DNA of 64,000 nucleotides from Gammaproteobacteria bacterium (GTDB lineage Bacteria > Pseudomonadota > Gammaproteobacteria > Eutrophobiales > Eutrophobiaceae), in assembly GCA_965238225.1 (NCBI GenBank), contig OZ250183.1, forward strand, positions 416,001-480,000, read 5' to 3'. The notes under the pieces were generated by a model that had not been told where the DNA came from, ran no database searches, and worked only from the letters and a program-made list of their open reading frames with translations. The position numbers were made by a program, and so were the translations under genes. Below are positions 11,522 through 19,695 of the stretch, one piece after another. Numbering within the stretch: the first letter of the stretch is position 1; each line of letters opens with the position of its first letter.

Positions 11522-12406
11522 ATGAGTTGTCACATTAGCGAAGCGGAGCTTGGTGTGTCAATTATAAAAGGTGCCCTGTATATCGTCGCAACACCCATTG
11601 GAAACCTTGGAGATCTTAGCCCTCGGGCAAAAAAAGTTTTAGAAAACGTAGACCTTATTGTGGCGGAGGATACTCGTCATAGCAAGCCTATGCTGAATAA
11701 ATGCGGCATTGAAACAAAAATTCTGGCCTATCACGATCATAATGAACGTATGCAAACACCAGTATTGATCAAGAAACTGCAGGCAGGCTTATCTATTGCG
11801 TTGATCTCGGATGCTGGCACTCCCTTAATTTGTGATCCAGGATACCATTTACTACTTGCAGCCCACGCAGAAGAATTAAAAGTAATTCCAGTTCCCGGGC
11901 CATCCGCATTAATCAGCGCGCTTTCAGTTGCTGGTTTTTCTGCTGAAAGATTTATATTTGAAGGCTATTTGCCTAATAGGAGAATTGCCCGCCAAAGAAG
12001 GCTGCAAACATTAAAAAATGAGATCAGAACGCTGGTTTTTTATGAAGCACCGCACAGAATAGTGTCCAGTGTAGAAGATGTGATCATTTGTTTCGGCGCT
12101 AAACGACAGGCTGTTATCGCAAAAGAAATGAGCAAACAACATGAACATATTCAGCGTGGGACGCTACAAGGGCTTCTAGATTGGTTGTGTAGTGATAAAT
12201 CTCTGAGTAAAGGTGAATTTGTTGTGCTTATTGAGGGCTGTAAAACGATGCCGTTTGATACTCAAGAAGCCAGCAGAATCCTGAAAATATTATTGGCAGA
12301 TCATTCTGCGACACAAGCAGCCAGATTAACCAGTGAAATCATGCAGGGCAACAGGAATGATATATACAAATTGGCAATGGATTTGCAAAGACTAAAGATT
12401 AAGTAA
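11522..12406 (+). CDS. rsmI: 16S rRNA C1402 2'-O-methyltransferase
   Basis: LYIVATPIGNLGD, AEDTR, ISDAGTP, FYEAPHR; true start may be GTG 11555. Confidence 0.96.
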   Translation: MSCHISEAELGVSIIKGALYIVATPIGNLGDLSPRAKKVLENVDLIVAEDTRHSKPMLNKCGIETKILAYHDHNERMQTPVLIKKLQAGLSIALISDAGTPLICDPGYHLLLAAHAEELKVIPVPGPSALISALSVAGFSAERFIFEGYLPNRRIARQRRLQTLKNEIRTLVFYEAPHRIVSSVEDVIICFGAKRQAVIAKEMSKQHEHIQRGTLQGLLDWLCSDKSLSKGEFVVLIEGCKTMPFDTQEASRILKILLADHSATQAARLTSEIMQGNRNDIYKLAMDLQRLKIK

Positions 12407-12620
12407 TCGTCCATGATATTTTTGAGCAAACTCACAATAAATGCTTACTTTGTCGGATATATTCAATCTTATAGCCAAATACGATTACATTTATTGCATT
12501 ATTAAACTATTGTAAGTACCTGAAAATTATGAAATACTGGTGCATGAGGAAATATCTATTGAGACTTTGTTAAAGAGACATTGTTAAATAAAAATGAGGC
12601 TGGCTTTTCGTGCTACAAAC

Positions 12621-12639
12621 ATCCTTAAGACTTAAGGAT
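12621..12639. repeat. perfect 19-bp palindrome ATCCTTAAG-A-CTTAAGGAT
   Basis: 9-bp arms are exact reverse complements; lies near the apex of a larger imperfect fold-back (12543-12691). Confidence 0.85.
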
Positions 12640-12700
12640 TTCAGCTTGGGGAATAAATCTAACAGTGTTTTGAACCAGAAATAATCTCATGGCTCTTTAA

Positions 12701-12740
12701 TTATGGTTTAGGTTTATGGTTTATGGTTTATGGTTTATGG
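12701..12740 (+). repeat. heptamer simple repeat (TTTATGG)x4 preceded by two degenerate units
   Basis: ttatgg tttagg tttatgg tttatgg tttatgg tttatgg read directly from the sequence. Confidence 0.92.
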
Positions 12741-12776
12741 GTCATCCCTTGCACTGGGGTCATCCCTTGCACTGGA
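12741..12776 (+). repeat. 18-bp tandem duplication GTCATCCCTTGCACTGG(G/A) x2
   Basis: Two adjacent copies at 12741-12758 and 12759-12776, with no spacer. Confidence 0.92.
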
Positions 12777-12869
12777 GTAGTTAAAGATCTGCCGCACATC
12801 TATATCACAACAGCGCCCACCAAAGCTTTTTAAAGCTTGATTTTAAAGATTTATGTAGAGATTTTTAAT

Positions 12870-15218
12870 ATGAAACAGATATTGACACAAAACCTAAAAC
12901 AAAGCCTCATGGTGATCATTCTTTTTATTTTGGCAGCCTGCGGCGGCGGCGGTGCTAATGTTAGCAGTGGCGGCAGCACTACCGCACCTACTGTCAGTAA
13001 TGTGCGTATAGGCATTAATGACTCTGGCGTTGATATAAATCATTCCGAATTCACAAATCGTATCCAGTCTGCCGGTGCAATCTTTACCGTTATGTCTACT
13101 TCTACTGACACATCCGCGCCCAGCACTACCAAGAATACCTTCTTGCCCATGAGTAGTTCTGCGAGTGATGCTGCATGCGCTACTCAATCGGGCAATCTCT
13201 GTCTTTTTGTTCGTGACACAGCATCACCCACAACATCACCGTATGCTGATGTAACCATTCCAACGGAATGCACTGGTACGGGAGCCGATGTTCAGGCGTG
13301 CGCCCGCGCAATGCTTCAGCTTGTTTCGGGTAATATTCCTGAGGATCCTAGTCCTGAAGAGGGTAATACTGTATTTGGTCGTGACGATACTGATGAGGAT
13401 TTGACCTTAACCATCTACAATAAAGATAATAGTGTGACCTACCACCTACCGACGGCGGATTTCATAGAACATGGTACCGCCGTCGCATCCATTGCGCTAA
13501 GAGACGCGCCTTCGGCAACTACTATTGTGCCTATCTTTGCGCAACTACTGACACCAGTATCATATAGTAATAATTTTTTGACAAGAGTGTCGAACGGAAC
13601 GGAACCCAACAGTGACTACAGCAACATCGATATTGTCAACCGATCCTATGGCACTCCGAGGGAACAAGATACTAAGAGTTTGTTTGTAGACCGGTATCAG
13701 CCGTTGCGGGATGCAGCCTCCGGTACTGTGCGGCGGGACTGGTGGAACGCCGAGGCGCAAATTAATGTCGCTTCTGCTAACAAAACCGTGGTAGTGTGGG
13801 CTGCTGGTAATTCAGCAGATCACGATGACAATTCAGGTACACCTGAGACCATAACCACTCACCCAAGTCACGAGGCTTCCTTGCCTCATTATTTTCCAGA
13901 GCTACGCGATCATTGGGTGGCGGTGGCGGCTGTTGGCGGTGACAACAACAACCCTAGCACCATTGCCAACTACTCCAATCACTGCGGTGCGAGAGCTGCC
14001 AGCGGAGCTGCTTGGGATGAAGCCGCACACGGACGTCACTATTGTCTTGCAGCTGTGGGCGCAGGCGCAGGCGCAGCCACAGTCAACGGTGGGTCTAACT
14101 ATGCTGAGGTCGGCACATCTTTTGCCGCACCCCGTGTTACAGGCGCCATTGCTGCTGTGATGCGTGGTGCTCGTGGTCAAATGAGTGCAGTCGGCGCACT
14201 GAGTCGAATAAAGGCTACGGCTAACAATACTGGGGACTATGCCACCACTGCCATCTATGGTGCTGGGTTATTGGATTTGACTGCCGCTTTGCGCGCTGTT
14301 GGAACTACCACCTTAAGTGCTCCTAATGGTCTGAGCTCCTCTGTTCAAAATGCGGTATTACGCCCCCGCCCCGCCTATGGCGCAGCGGCTGCAAAGGGCT
14401 TAAGTGGGCTTGAGATCACCGCTTTCGATGAACTGAACTACCCGTTTTGGTATTCGGCATCAACGATGGTTGATACTACGGTTGCAGCCCCTGTCCCGCT
14501 TTGGCAACGCATGGGTGATGCCCATACTATAATTGAAGAAGCAGGTCTCAAAAATACCTTGCGCTGGCATACCATTACTGATGCTAAGTATGGTACTTTG
14601 CGGTTGGCATTAGCTGACAATACCCTAGGCTTTTCCGCTGCACCTTTTGATAGCCATAAAGGCGCACTTGCCGCTTTGCGACTCGGTTTATTGGTCGAAA
14701 ATGATGTGCAGCACAACAGACTCCGATCAAGTGGTGCTTTTGATTCTAGGATGCATTCAGGGCTGGTCTTCGCAGGCTTTCAGCACACCTTTGGCAATGA
14801 GACACAACAGCCGTGGAGATTACAAAGTCAAGTCATGTTTGCGGCTGGCAAGACTGACCACGAAGAAGGTGCGTTATTTGAGACCTCGGGTTCACTCTAT
14901 TCGTCTGCGTCACTGGCACTGCAATACGCAAAAGACGATAGTCGTACTCGTTTTCATATTGAGCAACCCTTACGTGCGGAAACAGGTTACGGAACATTGC
15001 ATTATGCTTATGCGCGTACCCTTGATGGCACACACTTGTACCGCAAACATCAGTTTTCTTTGGTGCCTGTTGCACGCGCTATTCATTTAGGCGTGCGCCA
15101 TGACAGGAAGGTAGCCCATGGTCAGTTTGCAGTTGAGTTATTACACATTCTCAATCACGGTCATGTGAGCGGTGCGTCGTACTCACAGGTTAATCTGGCT
15201 TGGCAGCTAGCTTGGTAG
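12870..15218 (+). CDS. S8 (subtilisin-like) serine peptidase, predicted lipoprotein with a probable outer-membrane beta-barrel C-terminus
   Basis: Lipobox LAAC followed by GGGG; catalytic motifs IGINDSG (Asp), HGTAVAS (His), WAAGNS (oxyanion Asn), GTSFAAPRVTG (Ser); amphipathic C-terminal strands ending VNLAWQLAW. Confidence 0.88.
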   Translation: MKQILTQNLKQSLMVIILFILAACGGGGANVSSGGSTTAPTVSNVRIGINDSGVDINHSEFTNRIQSAGAIFTVMSTSTDTSAPSTTKNTFLPMSSSASDAACATQSGNLCLFVRDTASPTTSPYADVTIPTECTGTGADVQACARAMLQLVSGNIPEDPSPEEGNTVFGRDDTDEDLTLTIYNKDNSVTYHLPTADFIEHGTAVASIALRDAPSATTIVPIFAQLLTPVSYSNNFLTRVSNGTEPNSDYSNIDIVNRSYGTPREQDTKSLFVDRYQPLRDAASGTVRRDWWNAEAQINVASANKTVVVWAAGNSADHDDNSGTPETITTHPSHEASLPHYFPELRDHWVAVAAVGGDNNNPSTIANYSNHCGARAASGAAWDEAAHGRHYCLAAVGAGAGAATVNGGSNYAEVGTSFAAPRVTGAIAAVMRGARGQMSAVGALSRIKATANNTGDYATTAIYGAGLLDLTAALRAVGTTTLSAPNGLSSSVQNAVLRPRPAYGAAAAKGLSGLEITAFDELNYPFWYSASTMVDTTVAAPVPLWQRMGDAHTIIEEAGLKNTLRWHTITDAKYGTLRLALADNTLGFSAAPFDSHKGALAALRLGLLVENDVQHNRLRSSGAFDSRMHSGLVFAGFQHTFGNETQQPWRLQSQVMFAAGKTDHEEGALFETSGSLYSSASLALQYAKDDSRTRFHIEQPLRAETGYGTLHYAYARTLDGTHLYRKHQFSLVPVARAIHLGVRHDRKVAHGQFAVELLHILNHGHVSGASYSQVNLAWQLAW

Positions 15219-15477
15219 TATCTCTAACACCCTTAAAAACCCAAACCCATTAAGTCTAATCCGAGTTTAGGAGCTTATCACTCTAATCGCTTTATTTTTT
15301 TAAAAGCACATCATTACTATTTTAATCAATGACGCTATCTGCATAGGCAGTGCCAAGAATTACAAACCTAGCCGAAAACATACGCATTTTTTAATTCTTA
15401 AAAGATGAAGACAGAATTTGGCTCGAGATTTAATCTCATTTGGAACTTGAAAGAGAAAATACACCATGAATGTTCTC

Positions 15478-15506
15478 TTGCAACTTTTACGTATCTACCT
15501 GAGACT
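15478..15506 (+). promoter_or_regulatory. candidate sigma70 promoter of rnpB
   Basis: TTGCAA-17 nt-GAGACT, ending 7 nt before the predicted 5' end of the RNA. Confidence 0.5.
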
Positions 15507-15513
15507 AGTGTTC

Positions 15514-15940
15514 GGGAGTCGGCCGGGTGATCGCTCTTTGGCTTTACAGACTTGGTCTGTAGGTCTCAAGGAGAGGAAAGTCCGGGCTCCGCAGGATAGG
15601 GTGCCAGATAACCTCTGGGAGGCGTGAGCCTACGGAAAGTGCCACAGAAAATATACCGCCATTTGTTTTTTTGAATCAAAAGGTAAGGGTGAAATGGTGT
15701 GGTAAGAGCACACCGCGCTGGTAGTAATATCAGTGGCAGGGTAAACCCCACTCGGAGCAAGACCAAATAGAGAGACCCGCTGCATTACTCAGAAAGATTT
15801 GAGCCTTTGTAGCAAGACGTGATCCGCGTTGTCCTTAGGGTAGGTCGCTTGAGATACACGGTGACGTGCATCCTAGATGAATGATTGCCTCTATCAGCTT
15901 GCTGACAGAACAGAACCCGGCTTATAGGCCGGCTCCCTCA
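15514..15940 (+). ncRNA. rnpB: RNase P RNA, bacterial class A
   Basis: GAGGAAAGTCCGGGC, GGAAAGTGCCACAGAAA, GGTAAACCCC, GAGCAAGACCAAATAG and ACAGAACCCGGCTTA; 5' GGGAGTCGGCC pairs with 3' GGCCGGCTCCC; usual rsmI-rnpB-mraZ position. Confidence 0.98.
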
Positions 15941-16128
15941 ATTGTTTTGTGCAAATCCTTAAGAAACCCATGTTAATACTTAGAGTAAATTATTAACTAT
16001 AGATTACAAGTTAATGATATAAAAAAGTTTAATCATAAGCAGTATAAATTTCTGTAATAAATTTTAGCTTTTCTACGCTAAGTATTTGTTACAAAGCACA
16101 TTTTCCTGAATAAATTCACAAAGTTTGC

Positions 16129-16157
16129 TTGCATCAGGTGGCGCAACTACTTATAGT
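16129..16157 (+). promoter_or_regulatory. sigma70 promoter of the dcw cluster (Pmra)
   Basis: TTGCAT-17 nt-TATAGT immediately upstream of the MraZ boxes. Confidence 0.7.
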
Positions 16158-16164
16158 TCATAAG

Positions 16165-16189
16165 GTGGGTAATTATGGGTAATTGTGGG
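16165..16189 (+). promoter_or_regulatory. MraZ operator: three (G/A)TGGG boxes with 10-nt period
   Basis: GTGGG-taatt-ATGGG-taatt-GTGGG upstream of mraZ, matching the known MraZ direct-repeat site. Confidence 0.88.
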
Positions 16190-16215
16190 TAAAATAAACA
16201 TTTAGAGAGGCTTCC

Positions 16216-16674
16216 TTGTTTAGAGGTTTTAGCACACTCAATCTTGACAGTAAGGGTCGATTAGCGGTGCCTAGTCGTTATCGCGAACGCCTGTCCTCTG
16301 AAACGGGAGGCTGTTTGGTGTTAACCCTGAATCCAATGGACAGATCGCTTTGGTTATATCCCTTGATTGAGTGGGAATTTATTGAAACCAAACTTGCCGA
16401 GTTATCAGATTTTGATAAACAGGGTCGCAGAACTAAACAGATGATGCGTGGTTATGCCGCTGATTGTCAATTAGACGCACAGGGCAGAATTTTAATCCCT
16501 CAAGAATTACGCGACTATGCCGAGCTTAAAAAACAGATTGTCATGCTTGGCCAAGGAAATAAATTTGAGATTTGGGGAGAAGCTGCGTGGAAAACGCAAC
16601 GTGATGAATGGCTGGAGCAGATTGGAGATGAGTCAGGCGAGCCTTCTGATGTACTTAGATCTTTGTCATTATGA
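16216..16674 (+). CDS. mraZ: transcriptional regulator MraZ
   Basis: MFRG, LDSKGRLAVPSRYR, LDAQGRILIP, GQGNKFEIW; TTG start with SD. Confidence 0.97.
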   Translation: MFRGFSTLNLDSKGRLAVPSRYRERLSSETGGCLVLTLNPMDRSLWLYPLIEWEFIETKLAELSDFDKQGRRTKQMMRGYAADCQLDAQGRILIPQELRDYAELKKQIVMLGQGNKFEIWGEAAWKTQRDEWLEQIGDESGEPSDVLRSLSL

Positions 16675-16761
16675 TCTCTGCTTACGTTTTTCCTAGATGA
16701 ATAAAGCAGGAAATGGTCGACACAGTTCCGCAAGAGTTAGATACACGAATGGTGAGACAAG

Positions 16762-17694
16762 TTGAAGTTCAAACATATACCAGTACTGCTGAATGAAACA
16801 TTACAAGGGCTTAAGATACGTTCTGATGGTATGTACATTGATTGTACATTTGGTCGAGGAGGACATAGTCGTGCCATCCTTAATAAACTTGGGGAACATG
16901 GCAAGCTACTTGCGTTCGATAGAGATCCTGATGCTGTTGCTGCAGTCGATCAGCAATTACTGGACGATCCACGTTTTACACTTATACACGGTTCCTACAC
17001 GAAGCTTGCGGATACTGTGAAAGCAATAAAGCGTACAAACAAGGTTAGCGGTGTGTTTCTAGATCTGGGCGTTTCTTCACCACAACTGGATGATGCATCA
17101 CGGGGTTTTAGTTTTTTGCATGATGGTAACCTGGATATGCGCATGGACAATAGCCATGGCATGACTGCGGCACAGTGGTTGAATAAAGCCTCTACAGAAG
17201 AAATTGCAAACGTGCTTTATAAATATGGAGACGAACGATTTTCTCGGCGTATTGCTAGAGTTATTGTTGAAGAAAGATATATAGCGCCTATCACTCGAAC
17301 AATGCAATTAGCTGATTTAGTTGCATCAGCAATTCCACGTAAGGAAAAAAATAAACATCCAGCGACCAGAACGTTTCAAGCGATTCGTATCTTAATTAAC
17401 CAGGAATTAGAAGAGCTGGGTGCTGTATTGATGCAAGCATTGAATGTACTTTCAGTTAATGGAAGATTATTGGTAATAAGTTTTCACTCACTTGAGGATA
17501 GATTGGTCAAAAGGTTTATGCGTGATCAATCTCGCGGTGTTGATATACCAAGAGAAGTTCCTGTAACACAGGATGTTTTTAAATCAAGACTTACCGTTAT
17601 TGGAAAACCTGTGCGTTCTACGCCAGATGAAAGAAAAAACAATCCAAGATCATGTAGTGCCGTATTGCGTATCGCAGAGTGTCCTGCACTATGA
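16762..17694 (+). CDS. rsmH: 16S rRNA m4C1402 methyltransferase
   Basis: HIPVLL, DCTFGRGGHS, DLGVSSPQLD, HPATRTFQAIRI, ISFHSLEDR. Confidence 0.97.
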   Translation: MKFKHIPVLLNETLQGLKIRSDGMYIDCTFGRGGHSRAILNKLGEHGKLLAFDRDPDAVAAVDQQLLDDPRFTLIHGSYTKLADTVKAIKRTNKVSGVFLDLGVSSPQLDDASRGFSFLHDGNLDMRMDNSHGMTAAQWLNKASTEEIANVLYKYGDERFSRRIARVIVEERYIAPITRTMQLADLVASAIPRKEKNKHPATRTFQAIRILINQELEELGAVLMQALNVLSVNGRLLVISFHSLEDRLVKRFMRDQSRGVDIPREVPVTQDVFKSRLTVIGKPVRSTPDERKNNPRSCSAVLRIAECPAL

Positions 17695-17954
17695 AAAATA
17701 TTCTCTTGATTATTCTAGGGATAGCAGTATTTTTTTCGGCAATTAGGGTTGTCATTGCCCGGCATGAGGCTCGTAAATTGTTTGTAGAGATTCAAGTAAT
17801 GGAAAAATATCGGGATGATTTACATGAAGAGCGAGGGCGTTTGTTGTTGGAACAGAGCACTTGGGCAACTGATGCGCGAATTGAGTCTATGGCTAAAACC
17901 GAGCTGCATATGGTGGAACCTGAACCCCGTTCTGTCATGCTGATCTCAAAATGA
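17691..17954 (+). CDS. ftsL: cell division protein FtsL
   Basis: N-terminal TM, HEARKLF, RLLLEQSTWA; located between rsmH and ftsI. Confidence 0.93.
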   Translation: MKNILLIILGIAVFFSAIRVVIARHEARKLFVEIQVMEKYRDDLHEERGRLLLEQSTWATDARIESMAKTELHMVEPEPRSVMLISK

Positions 17955-17982
17955 GTGATTTCGAAAAGAGATTGAATCTAAT

Positions 17983-19695
17983 ATGAGAAAGTCGGCAAAG
18001 ATAATCAAGACCTCAGTGCGGCATTGGTTTTTGCTTAGTATTTATATGATTTTTATGGTCGGATTGCTTTGCCGCGTCGTTTATCTACAGGTGTTAGATA
18101 AAGAGTTTTTGCAGAGTCATGGAGATGCAAGGGCGTTGCGTGTGGTAGAGATACCTGCCCACAGAGGCATGATAACGGATCGTAATGGCGAGCCGCTCGC
18201 AATTAGTACGCCAGTAAATTCGATCTGGGCTGTTCCTCGGAAAGTGATGGCAGCCAAGCCAAGGCTGGACAAACTTGCCAAATACCTGCAAATGGATGAG
18301 AAAGAATTAACCAGTTTGCTGAATGATCGCATTGGCAGGCAGTTTGTTTACCTGAAAAGACATGTTGTTCCTGCGCTTGCCGAGCAGGTTATGTTATTGG
18401 ACATTCCCAGTATCTCATTGCAGAAAGAATATCATCGGTACTATCCTGCAGGCGAGGTTACTTCTCATGTAATTGGTTTTACCAATATAGATGATTCCGG
18501 TCAGGAAGGTGTAGAGTTAGCTTATGATGCTTGGCTTAAAGGCTCACCAGGCAGCAAGCGAGTTTTGAAGGATAGGATCGGTCGCATTGTTGAAGATATA
18601 GAAAGTATTGCTACGCCAGATCCCGGTAATCAATTAGTCCTTGCAATTGACAGACGTATTCAATATCTGGCTTACCGAGAATTAAAAAGCGCAGTTAATT
18701 ACCACAAGGCGCGAGCAGGCACATTGATTATGCTTGATGTGAAGACAGGTGAAATCATCGCCATGGTCGGTCAGCCTTCTTACAACCCGAATAACAGAAC
18801 TGGTTTGAAGAGCGGATATTATCGTAATAGAGCCTTAACGGATGTCTTTGAACCAGGTTCAACATTAAAACCATTTACCATTGCCATGGCTTTGGAAAGC
18901 GGCTTATACGACCTGAAATCAACCGTTGATACACGTCCTGGATTTTTTAAGGTGGGCAATCATACTATTTTAGATCACAGAGATTATGGTGTGATTGATC
19001 TGGCCACTATCATAAAAAAATCCAGTAATATTGGAGCCAGTAAGCTCGCATTATCTCTTGATCCACATGATCTTTGGTCGACTCTGGCAAAGCTTGGTTT
19101 TGGTCAGACAACTGGGAGTGGTTTCCCGGGAGAGGCTTCTGGTTATTTAAACCCATATAACAATTGGTCTGAAGTTGAACAAGCAACTATGTCTTTTGGC
19201 TATGGTATATCAACAACTGCCTTACAATTGGCTCAGGCTTATATGTCAATCGCCACAAACGGTATGATATTGCCAGTTTCATTTTTAAAAGTCTCAAAAC
19301 CAGTCAATGCAAGCCGTGTGTTTTCTGCAGACGTTGCTCGTCAGGTCAGGCACATGTTGGAAACAGTGATACAAAAAGAGGGTACTGGGCATAAGGCTTT
19401 TATTGAAGGCTATCGTGTTGCTGGGAAAACAGGGACAGTCCATAAAGCTGTAGTTGGCGGTTATTCAGAAGATCGCTATTTATCACTGTTTGCTGGCATG
19501 GCGCCTGCCAGTAATCCGAGTTTGATTGCTGTGGTGATGATAGATGAGCCCAAAGGCGATCAACACTATGGGGGTCTGGTGGCAGCGCCAGTATTTTCAA
19601 ATGTGATGGCAGGGGCTTTGCGTTTGCTTGATATTCCACCAGATGATTTTCCTGCATTGAATGGGCAGGTAATTGCAGCGGGAAGGGTCAACTGA
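17983..19695 (+). CDS. ftsI: peptidoglycan transpeptidase FtsI (PBP3)
   Basis: RGMITDRNG, EPGSTLK (SxxK), KSSN, GKTGT. Confidence 0.97.
   Translation: MRKSAKIIKTSVRHWFLLSIYMIFMVGLLCRVVYLQVLDKEFLQSHGDARALRVVEIPAHRGMITDRNGEPLAISTPVNSIWAVPRKVMAAKPRLDKLAKYLQMDEKELTSLLNDRIGRQFVYLKRHVVPALAEQVMLLDIPSISLQKEYHRYYPAGEVTSHVIGFTNIDDSGQEGVELAYDAWLKGSPGSKRVLKDRIGRIVEDIESIATPDPGNQLVLAIDRRIQYLAYRELKSAVNYHKARAGTLIMLDVKTGEIIAMVGQPSYNPNNRTGLKSGYYRNRALTDVFEPGSTLKPFTIAMALESGLYDLKSTVDTRPGFFKVGNHTILDHRDYGVIDLATIIKKSSNIGASKLALSLDPHDLWSTLAKLGFGQTTGSGFPGEASGYLNPYNNWSEVEQATMSFGYGISTTALQLAQAYMSIATNGMILPVSFLKVSKPVNASRVFSADVARQVRHMLETVIQKEGTGHKAFIEGYRVAGKTGTVHKAVVGGYSEDRYLSLFAGMAPASNPSLIAVVMIDEPKGDQHYGGLVAAPVFSNVMAGALRLLDIPPDDFPALNGQVIAAGRVN

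Noticed and set aside
12701-12776. Repeats as a CRISPR array
   Set aside because: Units are directly adjacent with no spacers, there are only two 18-bp copies, and no cas genes are present.
15226-15256. C/A-rich tract (AAAAACCCAAACCCATTAAG) as an inverted partner of the upstream TTTATGG tract, or as a telomere-like end
   Set aside because: The similarity is only compositional; there is no alignable terminal inverted repeat or target duplication.
15566-15766. 66-aa minus-strand ORF
   Set aside because: It is the antisense shadow of rnpB.
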